A stretch of 64,000 nt of DNA. Origin: Lingula anatina (taxonomy: Eukaryota; Animalia; Brachiopoda). Of this stretch, positions 38,250 to 52,845 are shown in pieces. How positions within the stretch are numbered: position 1 is the first letter of the stretch; every line of letters starts with the position of its first letter. A model generated the notes under the pieces. It worked only from the letters and a program-made list of their open reading frames with translations, was not told the DNA's origin and searched no databases. The DNA lies in NCBI GenBank assembly GCA_051362555.1, contig CM120647.1, forward strand, positions 4,092,001 to 4,156,000, in the 5' to 3' direction. The position numbers and the translations under genes were made by a program.

Positions 38250-41200
38250 GATTTACACTGAAAAGTGTAATCTGGATATGCGATGTTGTCCTTTTCTATT
38301 AATGCGACGCCCCGCAAAGAAAAATATGCGTTTTGAAACAACATCCTATAGAGTGAAACCCGTTTCAGGGATGCAACCATGGCACTTTTCATTAACGATG
38401 GCGTTTTGAAATAATATCCTGTAGAGTTAATGCCATTCTGGGATGCAATCATGACATTTTTTTTATTTTTGGAGATGTATTTGAAATGATGCATTTTGAA
38501 TATGTCATTGAAAATGTCCAATTTATTTGAAACAACCGACTGAAAAGAACAACCCACTGGAACATGCCTTTAAGTGATGATTCTATGTCATTATCGTTAT
38601 GCAACAAATGGCAATAAAACGTTCATTGAAAGAAACATGCATTAACCAGGAGAGCATCATGAAGCTTTCCTCTATGGGGCTCTCGTCTCTTTGTTCAATC
38701 ACTGAAGCTAAAGGGGCCTAAAATTTATTTCATCTACAATTTGTTTCCTCAATTAAGCAAATGCGACTGAGCGTACTTAAGCTAACAGTTGTGGTTCTGA
38801 AGTGGAGAATAGTCGAGCAAAATGTTCCTTCATTAGATGACAAAGATTTGTTTTTATCAATGTTAAAGATCTAATATGGAATTTAGAAAGTCAAATTTTG
38901 ACTTGAAATCGTTAAGAAACGCTCTGATCAGCCCTTGCGACGAACACAGATTCTTGTTTATACGAAAAGCGTAATATGTATAGGCAATGTTTTCCCTTTT
39001 CTAATAATGCAACGCCCCGCAAGTCAAATACGATTTGAAACAATATACTATAGAGTTCAACCCTTTTAGGGATACAATCATGACATTTTTCATTTTTTGG
39101 AGATGTACTTGAAAGTATGCATTTTGGAAATGTCCAATTTATTTGAAACAACTAACTGAGAAGAACAACCCACTGAAACATGCGTTTTAGATAAACAGTG
39201 ATGATTCCATGTTATTATCGTTATGAAACAAATGGCAATAAAACGATCATTGAAAGAAACATGCATTAACCAGGAGACCATCATAAAGCTTTCCTCTACG
39301 ATGCTCTCGTCTCTTTGTTCAATCACGGAAGCTAAAGTGGCGTAAAAAATACTTCATAAGTTATTTCATCTAAAATGTGTTTCCTCAATTTAGCAAATGC
39401 GACTGAGCGGGTGTGCAGCCATGTGAACAGTCCAAAAACTATTGAAAACTTTAATGTTCATTCCCTCGGCAGCAGAGACCACACAGCAATTTACCAAATG
39501 TACGTCTAATTATCCAGGGGATGGATGGGCTTTGTAAATGTGCGGTTTTGGCTCTTTATACTGAAGGTGAATAACGACAAGTAGGAGTTCACCGGACAAC
39601 CAATAACAAATGTATACGAGGCCTATTATGTGTAGGCAATTTGACTTTGAGTTGAATTCTGTGTCAGTTTGCATCCTTTGAAACCTGTAATGACGGAAAG
39701 ATCATGTCAACGGCCAACAACTAATCGATATTTCATTTCTGGGTTCGTTTGGTTACCACCACAGATAGATGGTGCGGTCATTTCCTGCATTATTATTGAA
39801 AGCTCATTGATATCAAATAACCTCAGTATTGCTCCAAACTGAGCAATGAAGAGGAAACGTTCACAAAAACTGAAACTCTTCAGTGAACTGCCAGAGACAA
39901 TAAAACTATCAGTCTAGTATACATGATTCATGTTGTAATTTGCCTGCGTCAAGTGTTATTCTAGGATTGACGACCAATAATGATGGTCGGCGACAGACCC
40001 CCGAACCCGTTCTTACGATAACAGTTGTGGTTCTGAAGTGGAGAATGGTCGAGCAAAATGTTCCTCCATCAGTTGACAAAGATTTGCATTTTAGCAATGT
40101 TTAAGATCTAATATGGTGTTTAGAAAGTCAAATTTTGACTTGAAATCATTATGAAACGCTCTGATCAGCCCTTGCGACGAACACACAGATTCTTGTTTAC
40201 ACGAAAATGTAATATGGTTATGCAATGTTTCCTCTTTCTATTAATGCGACGCCCCGCAAGTCAAATACGTTTTGAAACAACGTCCCATAGAGTTCAACCC
40301 TTTTAGGGATGCAAATATGACATTTTTCAGATTTTAAAATGTATTTGAAATGATGTATTTGAAATGACGCAAAGAAAAATAAACGTTTTGAAATAATATC
40401 CTGTAGAGTTAATGCCATTTTAGGGATGCAATCATGATATTTTTTTTTTTATTTTTGGAGATGCATTTGAAATGATGCATTTTGAATATGTCATTGAAAA
40501 TGTCCAATTTATTTGAAACAACCGACTGAAAAGAACAACCCACTGGAACATGCCTTTAAGTGATGATTCTATGTCATTATCGTTATGCAACAAATGGCAA
40601 TAAAACGTTCATTGAAAGAAACATGCATTAACCAGGAGAGCATCATGAAGCTTTCCTCTATGGGGCTCTCGTCTCTTTGTTCAATCACTGAAGCTAAAGG
40701 GGCCTAAAATTTATTTCATCTACAATTTGTTTCCTCAATTAAGCAAATGCGACTGAGCGTACTTAAGCTAACAGTTGTGGTTCTGAAGTGGAGAATAGTC
40801 GAGCAAAATGTTCCTTCATTAGATGACAAAGATTTGTTTTTATCAATGTTAAAGATCTAATATGGAATTTAGAAAGTCAAAATTTGACTTGAAATCGTTA
40901 AGAAACGCTCTGATCAGCCCTTGCGACGAACACAGATTCTTGTTTATACGAAAAGCGTAATATGTATAGGCAATGTTTTCCCTTTTCTAATAATGCAACG
41001 CCCCGCAAGTCAAATACGATTTGAAACAATATACTATAGAGTTCAACCCTTTTAGGGATACAATCATGACATTTTTCATTTTTTGGAGATGTACTTGAAA
41101 GTATGCATTTTGGAAATGTCCAATTTATTTGAAACAACTAACTGAGAAGAACAACCCACTGAAACATGCGTTTTAGATAAACAGTGATGATTCCATGTTA

Positions 41201-44032
41201 TTATCGTTATGAAACAAATGGCAATAAAACGATCATTGAAAGAAACATGCATTAACCAGGAGACCATCATAAAGCTTTCCTCTACGATGCTCTCGTCTCT
41301 TTGTTCAATCACGGAAGCTAAAGTGGCGTAAAAAATACTTCATAAGTTATTTCATCTAAAATGTGTTTCCTCAATTTAGCAAATGCGACTGAGCGGGTGT
41401 GCAGCCATGTGAACAGTCCAAAAACTATTGAAAACTTTAATGTTCATTCCCTCGGCAGCAGAGACCACACAGCAATTTACCAAATGTACGTCTAATTATC
41501 CAGGGGATGGATGGGCTTTGTAAATGTGCGGTTTTGGCTCATTATACTGAAGGTGAATAACGACAAGTAGGAGTTCACCGGACAACCAATAACAAATGTA
41601 TACGAGGCCTATTATGTGTAGGCAATTTGACTTTGAGTTGAATTCTGTGTCAGTTTGCATCCTTTGAAACCTGTAATGACGGAAAGATCATGTCAACGGC
41701 CAACAACTGATCGATATTTCATTTCTGGGTTCGTTTGTTTACCACCACAGATAGATGGTGCGGTCATTTCCTGCATTATTATTGAAAGCTCATTGATATC
41801 AAATAACCTCAGTATTGCCCCAAACGGGCCAATGAAGAGGAAACGTTCACAAAAACTGAAACTCTTCAGTGAACTGCCAGAGCCAATAAAACTATCAGCC
41901 TATTATACATGATCCATGTTGTAATTTGCCTGCGTCAAGTGTTATTCTATGATTGACGACCAATAATGATGAGAATAGCAGAGGCCCGTGAAGGAAAATT
42001 CATAAAAAATAAGCAGGCGTGAAAAATTGCAATTCCTAGTCCTAATTTGTATTAAATGGAAAAGTAGATAAAACATAAGCTTCCATGGCTGTCATATTTA
42101 CCTCTTAATGGGTTTTGACAAAATGGACTATCAGCACACGTGTGCGTTCGGCTATCATTGTTTTTGTGTAAAATGGATTTTTTCGAGAATGGCGCCAGAT
42201 AACATAAAAAGTTGAGACTTTCTACCTAAATGGCATTTCTGTGCGCCTCTGGACGGCGACAGACCCCCGAACCCGATGTTACGATAACCGTTGTGGTTTT
42301 AAAGTGTAGAATTGTTGAGCAAAATACTACTTCATTAGTTGACAAAGATTTGCTTTTTATCAATGTTTAAGATGTAATATGGAATTTAGAAAGTCACATT
42401 TTGACTTAAAATCATTTAGAATCGCTCTGATCAGCCCTTGCGACGAACACAGAGATTCTTGTTTACACGAAAAGTGTAATTTGTATATGCAGTGTTTTCC
42501 CTTTCTATTAATGCGATGCCCCGCAAGTCAAATACGTTTTGAAACAACATCCTATAGAGTTATACCCTTTAAGGGATGCATTCTCTTTTCTTTGTTCAAT
42601 CACGAAGCTAAAAGAGCGTAATAAATAGGGGCCTACTTGGTAACTTATTTCATCTAAAATTTGTTTCCTCAATTTAGCAAATGCGACTGAGCGTTCTAAC
42701 GATAACAGTTGTAGTTCTAAAGTGGAGAATAGTCGAGCAAAATATTCCTTCTATAGTTGACAAAGATTTGCTTTTTATCAATATTAAAGATCTAATATGG
42801 AATTTAGAAAGTTACATTTTGACTCGATACCATTTAGAATGTTCTGATTAGCCCTTACGACAAACACAGAGATTCTTGTTTACACGAAAAGTGTAATTTG
42901 TATATGCAGTGTTTTCCCTTTCTATTAATGCGACATCCGCAAGTCAAATACGTTCTGAAACAACATCCTATAGAGTTCAACCCTTTAAGGGATGCAATCT
43001 TGGTATTTTTTATTTTTTGAAGATCTATTTGAAATGATGCATTTTGAATATCTCATTGAAAATGTCAGATTTATTTGAAACAGCCGACTGAAAAGAACAA
43101 CCCACTGGAACATGCGTTTTACATATACCGTGATGATTCCATGGTATTATCGTTATGAAACAAATGGCAATAAAGCGAGCATTGAAAGAAACATACATTA
43201 ACCAGGAGAGCATCATAAAGCTTTCCTCTACGGTGCTCTCGTCTCTTTGTCCAATCACGAAGCTAAAAGAGCGTAATAAATACTTGATAACTTATTTCAT
43301 ATATAATTTGTTTCCTCAATTTAGCAACTGCGACTGAGCGTTCTTACGATAACAGTTGTAGTTCTGAAGTGGATAATAGTCGAGCAAAATACTCCTTCAT
43401 TAGTTGACAAAGATTTGCTTGTTATCAATGTTTAAGATCTAATATGGAATTTAGAAAGTCAAATTTTGACCTGAAATCATTTAGAAACGCTCTGATTAGC
43501 CCTTTCGACGAACACAGAGATTCTTGTTTACACGAAAAGTGTAATTTGTATATGCAGTGTATTTCCTTTCAAATAATGCGACGCCCCGCAAGTCAAATAC
43601 GTTTTGAAACAACATCCTATAGAGTTCAACCCTTTAAGGGATGCAATCCTGGCATTTTTCATTTTTTGGAGATCTATTTGAAATGATGCATTTTGAATAT
43701 GTCATTGAAAATGTCCAATTTATTTGAAACAGCTGACTGAAAAGAACAACCCACTGGAACATGCGTTTTGATGATTCCATGACATTATCGTTATGAAACA
43801 AATGGCAATAAAACGATCCTTGAAAGAAACATCCATAAACCAGGAGAGCATCATAAAGCTTTCCTCTACGGTGCTCTCGTCTCTTTGTCCAATCACGAAG
43901 CTAAAAGAGCGTAGTAAATACTTGATAACTTATTTCATCTAAAATTTGTTTCCTCAATTAAGCAAATGCAACTCAGCGGGTGTGCAGCCAATGAACAGTC
44001 CAAAAACTTGAAACTTTACTGTTCATTTCCTT
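38250..44032. repeat. Satellite array of ~630-650-bp monomers with a 1986-bp higher-order duplication
   Basis: Monomer start TAAC(A/C)GTTGT.GTT recurs at ~38783, 40019, 40769, 42285, 42703, 43350. Identical spurious ORFs at 38912/40898 and 39090/41076 give the 1986-bp offset. Confidence 0.92.
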
Positions 44033-44272
44033 GGTGGCGGGGTGCCTGTGAATTTTGAATAGGGAGACTATGGGTGCCCTGAGTGTCAGGGCACTAAAAG
44101 CTAGCTTGTTCACTATAACTTTTTATGATGTGGTAGCTTTACAGTGCCCCTGAGGAACAATCTAGAGTATTCGTTAATCAAAGGAACTGCTTTGCAGTGA
44201 ATCTGCAGTTGAATGTATTAAGTCGAAAATGAAACGTAAAGCATATTTATTTATTTTATTTGTTTAATTGTA

Positions 44273-45931
44273 CAGACTTGACATTTAATATGGAATATTT
44301 TTCCAAATCATCTTTCATCAGTTTTTTTCCTATTTTACTGACTGATAAATGAAAATAAGGATTAAAATCGTGTTCTAATAACTTTTAATTATCTCTTTGA
44401 TGTCATTGTGACATCAGTTCATTAATGGAATTCGCCAGAAAAGCAAACAAAAACACATTGCCTTTTCTACTTCATACGGCAACCATTAAATGAGATATTT
44501 TAGATCTCCATATTTTCCAAATTATTGTCTGTAAAAGAGTTACACGCTCCACAAAGGACCCTCATGTCATTCTCTAGTCACAGTAACAGGCGCTGTTACG
44601 CCTGACCTCTTCTGGCTGCTACAAGCGCTCTCAAGCGGCAAGGCATTCCTTGGGATATGTTTTTAGAGTTCAATCTGGAATAACATTCCAGGCATCGGTC
44701 GAAATCTGTCCACTTTGGCCCAGTTTTGTTGTAGGACATGTAGGCCATTCATTTGGCGAGTAATGGCCTACCCACATATTGTCTACGTGGTTCAAATATG
44801 GCGGTTTTGATGACCAAGGTAACTGTTCATTCCCTTGGTTCTCTAAGTAATCTGTTATTAAAAGTGCTCTGTGTGAACCGGCAATTCCACCCTACAACCT
44901 AAAATTGTTCTTAAGGTGCCCCCTATCAAATGATAGTCAAGTGGTTCCCAGATTATTCCTTTATTTAATCTGGTTCAGGTTTTCGTCGATGACTGCCATT
45001 GGTGTTTTGGCACCAATGTGGTATCCACTTCAAATACTGACGCTGTTAATGACCTAAGTCACTTTAGAGGCGGCACACACTTCGTCGTTGGCCTCTTCTG
45101 GATGTCTGTAAACTCTGTTTTGACTAGTTGAGCGGTACAGGTGAAATCTGACCTCAATAAAGAAAGCCACGAGGTTTCAGTGTTCAACCCAGAAACGGTC
45201 ATGGTCCCTAATTCATTAGAGAAACATACAACGATGTTTTGCTGTTTACAGTGGGTTCCTCGGAGGTCGTCTGGTATTCTAACCTGCAAAAACCAGTTTG
45301 GTGTTCGCTAAGGGCCTTGAAAAATGCGTTTTGGTGGCAATTTACCCCTCATTCTGAAAGGACTGGGTGGTTTTTGTTTAGTTGCAACGGCATATCCTGA
45401 AAGACAGTGGGTCCTGTACTCTGGTGGTAAGATTTTAATACATTGGGTGTGGTCTCTATGTAGGTACATCAGTCTGGGCATTACTCTATAAAACTGTGCG
45501 GGCCGTTTCGTTTGGCGCAATTAGCTGTCTGGCAATGTCTGTCTTTTTCGCGCCATTTTGCCACAGATTAACAAACTTGCAAAGCACTGCATAGCTCATT
45601 TTACACACTGCAAAACCGACCACTTGCATGCAAAATTTCAAATTCTTCTATGCAGTAGTTGCCGACATATGGATACTTTTTTGACAGAACCGTGCTTTGC
45701 CAAAGCCAAGCTTTGACCTGCCCAAAGGAGCACTACCCAATTAAATTACTTTAATTACATAATGCAGCAGAGTAACAAACCTGGTATTCAGTTAATTGGA
45801 AGCGACACACCTGACTACACACTTCTCCATTCACATATCTTATATGAGATATTAGTATTTTGAAAAAAGAACGCATTTCTACCTAGGCACACCTTCGAAA
45901 CTGAAATATTCCATATTAAATGTCAAGTCTG
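44273..45931 (-). mobile_element. Full-length but decayed Tc1 element
   Basis: Perfect 28-bp TIRs CAGACTTGACATTTAATATGGAATATTT flanked by TA. Minus-strand relic transposase GAKKTDIARQL..RRPPRNPL..KHR..FFIEVRF..NRVYRHPEE..SHRA..LPWSSKPPYLNHVDNMW with many stops. Confidence 0.9.
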
Positions 45932-46466
45932 TATATACTGTGCTCAAGATGTGAATTGAAAAATGAATAATGTATTTAAAAAAGACATAACACATGTTTT
46001 TGTATTTTTTTTATTATCAAAAACATTTGCTCCTGAAGATATAAACACAATACGCTTGCTTGCCGTGTGCCAAGTTTGACAGGTTCACTGTATGTCCAAT
46101 ACCACCATAAGGACTGCGCAATGGCTACACCAAAAAACAGTTTTTAAAGCAGAAAGGTGCCTGCGTTGTGGCACTGATTTGTGATTGCAAGGTATTCTTA
46201 GTAAAACTTCAAACTCCGCGTCAGCCACTTTGCTTCTTTGTCTCGTCTGCACGAGATAACGTCAGCGTAAGGCGGGAAAGGCAGCTCCAGGCGGAACAGA
46301 GCTGTGACGTACGAGGCTTATGACTTCCAAATTTCAAAGCGCCCCATGCAAAATTTTGCTGAACACACCCCCTGCCTTACGCTAGTTTCTAGACTCAGTT
46401 GTGTGGATATGGGTTATTATATGAATTAAAGATCGAGCTGGCGAAACTGAAATCTAGAACTTAGGG

Positions 46467-46560
46467 TATGTGGTATTCAATATTCGGCAATTCTTCACCA
46501 ATCGACAGACTTACGGACCCTATGGACTGGATAGACCCAATAATCAGCTTAATGTATCTT
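46467..46560 (+). pseudogene. Orphan fragment of PAN-jacalin exon 4
   Basis: Translates VVFNIRQFFTNRQTYGPYGLDRPNNQLNVS, closest to paralogue A. No flanking exons. Confidence 0.85.
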
Positions 46561-47335
46561 TCTTTATGTTTTCTATCAAATCATTGTTCTTCTCTAGTTA
46601 TCCTCCCTCCAGTTTTTTTTTTTTTTTTTTCATCCCTCCCCGACTTAACTTGCTGACACTCGTTGTTATATCTGGGTTAGCCCCAAATGGTTCATTTTAT
46701 CACGAAGGTATATAGTATGCTTATTATGCAGGGGGTAGGTTCATTTATTGTAGTTAGTCAAGTCTTGCAGATGCTCGCATTTACTTTGTTCTATGTTTCT
46801 CTCTTTATACAATTTCAAGCCTATATGGCGAAATTTGGCGAAATACTTTACCGGTAATATGTGGAAGTCAGAATTTTCATATTATGTCTTCTTATTGTTG
46901 CAAGACTCACTTTACTTTACTGATCGTACATCTTAAATTTGGAAACATAGTTATAAACCTGTAATATGTTTTGGAATATTATATTAACATAAATTAACGT
47001 TATTCCATGACGTATGATATTAAATGAATAGATTTCAGCAAAAAATTTTCTCAGCGTACAATCTTGTGAATTATTTGATAAAATGGTCGGATGTTTTCTT
47101 GGCTGCCAAAGATTGTACCTCTGGTGTGGCAACAAGGGAATAAGAGCGTATTATTTCTGGATCCAGCTCTGTTGTTTAGGTGATCTATCTTTATACCATG
47201 GCCACAAGAAGCTTGAGAGAAGCTCACAATCCCGCCATTGTTTTTTGCTATCTTGTATTGTGGATGTATGTGTGATCATTAAATGTGATGATGTTAAATA
47301 CCCCATCTTGTATCATATTCCACTTCTTCATTTTA

Positions 47336-48221
47336 AGCCTCGGTCACAACGGGCCGTACGGGCTCTTACGGGCTGTTTGCGTCCAATTTTTGCGCAGAAT
47401 CTCACGTCCCACGCAAGTCCTTCTTATGAAATTTCGAGTTCGCAGACAGCCCGAAAGCACGTGCGTGTTGGACATGTCCAAAAGATTCTACGAATAGCCT
47501 GCGAACAGCGAGACCGCAAGCGTAACTTGCTCTCCTCGCACGGAGTTAGCAAGAGAGACGCGCGTTGTGCAAGACACACGTCGCAAGCAATGAAGGAGCA
47601 AGTGCCCTTTGCGTGTTGAGTAAGGCGCACGCCCTCACAACTTACGAACAAAGTCGAGAGCACACCGGGAATGCGTCGCACGTGCGTCACCTCCACGCCT
47701 GGTGTATAAAAGGCGTGCTCACGAAGCACACTCTTGTCTTTACAATGGACGTCGAATGTGTAACGTGTACAACAATTTTCAAAGTTTTCAAATTTTTGCT
47801 CAATTTAGTTTCTAATATACCTCCAAAAGGGAAGAGAAAGAAGCTTACATAGTAGAAAAAAGGGTGAAGTAAGAAGAAAGAAGAAGAGAACAGGAAGCAA
47901 AACTGATGTACGCCGTCAGTACGTCAACACAAACGTGTGAGGCAAGTGTGAAGCAAAATTGACGCCGTGCGTTGCATTCTCTTCGTAAGTGGTGTGTACC
48001 ACGTACACAGGAAGCAAGACAAACTCAAGAAATGAGTACAATTTCTACGGCCATCGCTCCTTGCAATTAGCGGCCCTGCTTGAAAGGACATCTCAAGTGG
48101 CCCTTGCGTCTCGCAAGGCAGACTTTCCTCCACCTCTACGACCTCCACGGCCTCTGCCACAGCCAAAAATCGCAGAGAACGTACGCTTCTAAAATCCGTG
48201 CGTCCGGTTGGGACCGAGGCT
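47336..48221 (-). mobile_element. PIF/Harbinger-like MITE copy 3
   Basis: Both TIRs present with a perfect 3-bp TTA TSD (47333-47335; 48222-48224). Confidence 0.92.
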
Positions 48222-49905
48222 TTAATAAATGACATTATCGGTCATATAAACTTATTTATTATTTAATTGTGAGCAAAAACCGGGCTTCTTTGTGCTTGTG
48301 AACATTAAGCTACATAAATAATTTTAATTGATACCTGATTCTGTACACAGCAGTAGCTACAAGTGCACTATTTAATTGCACAATGAACATGAAGTAGTGG
48401 GTTTAAGTGTCCTTAGGCATATTGTACATGTTTTAAAGGTAACTAGGTTCCAGACGTCTCTGTAACGTTCGCGCATGAGCAGCAGCAACGTCTTTATCGC
48501 TCTTGGGAAGAGCAACCACTTGGGGCTATAAACACGCCTTCGTCTTCCAGCACGTGTTTAAGATTTCATGAAGACCAAAAAGTGTTTTACGTATATGACG
48601 TCACCGCTTTGTCTTCTGGACACGTTAGGCCGTCTGGTACACATTTTTGGGACTTTTTCTTAACACAATTTGAATTAAATCCTTGTAACGCTATAGCTTT
48701 CGACTTCCTGTGACGGCAATATATAGAAATAAACCAAGTAGTAATAAGCCATGTAAGTATGCAATTTGACGGCTTGGTAATGGCACAGTTTGTTTTGAAG
48801 TGCTTACTCGCTTTGTGCCTTAATGGCGAAACATAGGCTCTATTCCCATAGATTTTAGATCGATCTATCCCCGCGGGGATTCTCACTAGATTACTTTCAG
48901 ATAATCCGACTTAAATGTCCGTCCCGCCTACTATAAGCTGTCAGGGGGTAATTAACTTTCGTGTCCGCCCGGCTTACAGCTATTTAACGTGAACCCCCAG
49001 GGAGTTAGGTCGATCTAAAGTAGGTCGATCTAATCTATGGAAATGGGGTGATATAATGTAAAAACAGCTCCAAATTCTAAAATATGTAGGCAATCGACCT
49101 TTGAAAGATACTGGTTTTAATAAATGCAATATTTCATGAAATAAGTAGGAATAAAAGTAGTAGTACATGTATTTCTGTTCCCTCGGAAAGTGTCAATTAT
49201 GTCCTGTTAAAATTAAAACAAAATTAGTCATTAAATATTGTCGACATGTTATATCATGCCACTGGCTCTTCTGATCTCGAAAAATGTTCTATTCCGATTA
49301 TATCACCTAAGCTCTGATTAAAATGTTTAAAATGTTTTTTGTTGCTCCGAGCTTTAATGATCCAATGATGTATTTGAGACTACAAGTTTATCAGTTATTT
49401 ATTTATTTATTTATTTATTTATCATAATTTAGGAATAAAAGTCTAGTTGGAAACAAGATAAAAAGAAGAAGAAATACACTTAATTACACCGGTGTGTCGA
49501 AACAGAGAGTGCGCCCTCCACTTAATTATACAGATTAGGGTTGGCCTGACGTAATAATAATTAAGTGGGTCAACATTTAGGTCGAGGCTTGCCTGGGCAA
49601 ATTTAAGGGAACCGCACTCGTTCTCATGGGGGACACTCTGACACGTCACACTGGTAAGGCAACGAGACAACGTTTTCTATAACAGCCATAAACACAAAAA
49701 TACAATACACGATATAATGACATCCACTTCTTTTGACAATTTTGACTCATTCTTTTAAATATTAATGTATTTGAATCAATAAAAGAACCATCATTAGATT
49801 GCACGGCGCCCATTTGCTGATTACACAATTTAAAGAGTAGCGTTTTTTCATTCGAGTCAGAAGCGTGCAGCACTTCTTAGGCGGCAGTAGATTTAAGATT
49901 TGGCG

Positions 49906-52473
49906 ATGGGAATCAAAAAGACGTGGTTCATATTCCTTTCAGTTTTAACGCTTTTCTCTGTATGTGGTGTCAGTGATGGCATTATTCACTTAACAGCGTC
50001 TAATGCGCGTTCATCAATTCGCGAATGCGTGAAGAGAACTGTGTTGCAATTACCGGCGCTGACAGATTATAAAGCGAGGAACTTAATTCAACAGTGTGTC
50101 TGGGCCGAGTGTGGGGAACAAACGAATACTCGTACAGAGGGTGGTACAATTGTTCAGGACATAACTGGGATATGCGGTGTTATTCAAAGTACAAACTTTG
50201 GCATTGGTGTATATCCACGAGATCACATACAGAGATGGGAAATAACCACTACCAATGGTAGCGGGGTAAGTTTCACATTTAACCATTTCTCGTTAGAAGA
50301 TTACGATTATCTTGCCGTATCTATCGGCTCATGTAATGACTCCCGTCACTACGGTAATTTTCATGGAGGGCTGACATATCTCAACTCAACGGAACTCACC
50401 CTACGTGGAAATAAGGTATGCGCAGAATTTTTCACAGATCGCATTTTGGAATCTTCGGGATTTCAAATCGAATATCTTGCAGTATTTTCAGACTGTCATC
50501 AAGTTAAACTACCTACAGTTTTGTCTTCACCCCGAGGCGAGTTTCATCCAAAAACAGATCTAATTTCGACGCAGTGCGATAGTAAAGTGGAGTATCACGT
50601 TCATATCAGTGCTGCAGGTGGTGATCAAATTTTACTACAATGGGAAGTATATACAAACATTTCTTCAAACATTTCTGTGCCGTATACATTGCACGTATAC
50701 GAAGGACCCCCAGGATCCAGGATAATTTTGTATCCCACTGACACTCAAATGCCGCTGAAAAACGGTTCCATTAGCACGATAGGTTGGAATGCATTTTTTA
50801 ACTTAACTGAGGAAAGGCGCATACCAGGTTCTACGCAATGGGTTTTTGTTGCCCGTTACACGTCTTTTGTAACACCCTATACCCCCGGAACATTATGCCA
50901 ATCTTCTAGAAACGCTAACGACCACCTGGACACGTCGTGTACAAACCTCAGTAATCACACTTGGCTTAATCTAACTGTAACCCCTGGGCCATTAGTTCGC
51001 CATGACATCGATCTTTTCTCAAATTCCACCGTTAGTTTGGAAAGCAACTTTCACTCATTGACATCACCCATTGCTATGCTGCAACATGTGGTTGGAAAAA
51101 CGTGTCTTTTCTTTGGGAAAATACTTACTGGTTACCGTCACTTACATAATAACTTGGTGGTGGTCGGGCCGAGTTGCACCTACAAGTATAATATTGAAAA
51201 ACTCAAGGCGGTTATCTATTTAAATCGACCACGTGTAATAATCTACTGTTTTCGATTTGACAATATCAGTGGCTCGTGTTTAAACCCTAGACGTGACATA
51301 ACATACAGAGTGTTATATAAGCGTGCAAGCAACCAGGTTGAGCTCATTTCTCACCCAGTCAGCGGGGTGAGAATACCTAATTATATGTTTTATGGCAGTA
51401 ACGGCACATGCCAAATAAGACATAAAGGATATAGTATGAGAGTGCCGCTTAAATCAGAGTGCCAAGTTAATGGAATGCTGCTCATTCGTCAAATGACCCT
51501 AAATCAGCTGTACACTTTTATCGAATATCAGACAAAAGTGACGATGTATTTTGAACGAAAATGGCGGAATTCTATTCACAGTGCATGTATACTCCACAGC
51601 GCACCTAAAGGCAACCAGTTCCAAATAATAACTTTTAGGAGAATCGGTAACGTTGTAAAAAGCACCAACACTTTATGTTCATCTTTATATTTTACCAATG
51701 AGCTTTGGCCAAATAATTTGGAAGAATTGTTAATTTTTGAATCTGTAGGAGTAAGAACGCGGAACGAAACGGTTACTAAATCGAAAGGTATATTAATAGG
51801 GTTTTGTGGACGGCAATATGTCGGGATTACATATACAATAACATTAAAAAAGGACAGGTATTGCAAATGGTGTTTTTTTTGGATGGATATCAGAATGAAA
51901 AAGGGGTGTAAGAATTCGGAGACTGAACTCAAACTTAAAATAAAAGAATATTCCACATCTGCCTCAGGTGAAGGGCATAACAAAGCCCCCACAGATCGCA
52001 TACTCGCTAGCACACCGATATTTATCTTGAACAAAGGATACCCCGCTGCTGAGATTAGACACATTTGGAACACTCTCAGTGCGTGGACAGTCTGTATTGT
52101 CTTAGAGCCTCTACCCACTGACTCAAAACCTGACTCAAACCCAGACCTGGACCTTTCTTACAATCTAGAAAACTATGTTGACATCTCTGACAACTTAATT
52201 GAAGATTTTCATAACGGTAGCGAAATGTCATGTATCTTTGGAAAATGCTATAAATTACTTACTGAATTACAATCCAAAGAAGCAAGACCGCCCCTTACCT
52301 GGTTAAGATCACGTGAGCTGTGTCAGGCCACTGGAGGCGACCTACCGACCGCCTTGGACGATTTCACTTTAAAGGCCGTTTTGAACCAAACTGTAATAAA
52401 TACCCAATGGTTTTTGGAGATATACGACAAACATCGCTTCCTCCTGTTCTTGGGTCTTAGGCGAGAAAAACAA
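49906..52473 (+). CDS. Giant first coding exon of a CUB-CUB-CTLD-LDLa receptor (GRL101-like GPCR candidate)
   Basis: 2.57-kb ORF with signal peptide MGIKKTWFIFLSVLTLFSVCGVS, a clear CUB (GVIQSTNF..YP..WEI..FTFNHFSLE.YDYL..FFTD..SGFQIEY), a second degenerate CUB and the first half of a CTLD (CIFGKCY..WLRSRELC..GGDL..FLGL). Donor CAA|GTAAGT at 52473, phase 0. Confidence 0.85.
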
Positions 52474-52790
52474 GTAAGTAATTAAGTCATATCACCAGCC
52501 ATAGAGTACTCCCTACCTTCTCTACACACATAGGCATCTACTTGTAGCAATAAATAGCCATTCCAAGAAAAGGGTTCCAATTCCGAAGAATACTTGTTAC
52601 GGCCTATTTTTTGCAATAAAATTCCATGAAATAATGTAATTTTCAGTACTTTAATGTGGGAAAACGTTTGTTCTGCATATAAAACAACAATGCACATTGT
52701 AGAACTCTCCTTGACGGGAACCCCGAGCGTCTGAACTGTATGCTGCGAAACGCATAATTTCTACGCTTTAGTATTATAGCAGATTTGCCA

Positions 52791-52827
<37 letters not shown>

Positions 52828-52845
52828 TTTAAGCATTGTTTGTCC

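Noticed and set aside
38912-43686. Repeated 60-85 aa ORFs as a tandem gene family
   Set aside because: They are chance ORFs in satellite monomers, on both strands, with stops varying between copies.
51576-52118. 180-aa antisense ORF
   Set aside because: Shadow of the long sense exon; no independent features.
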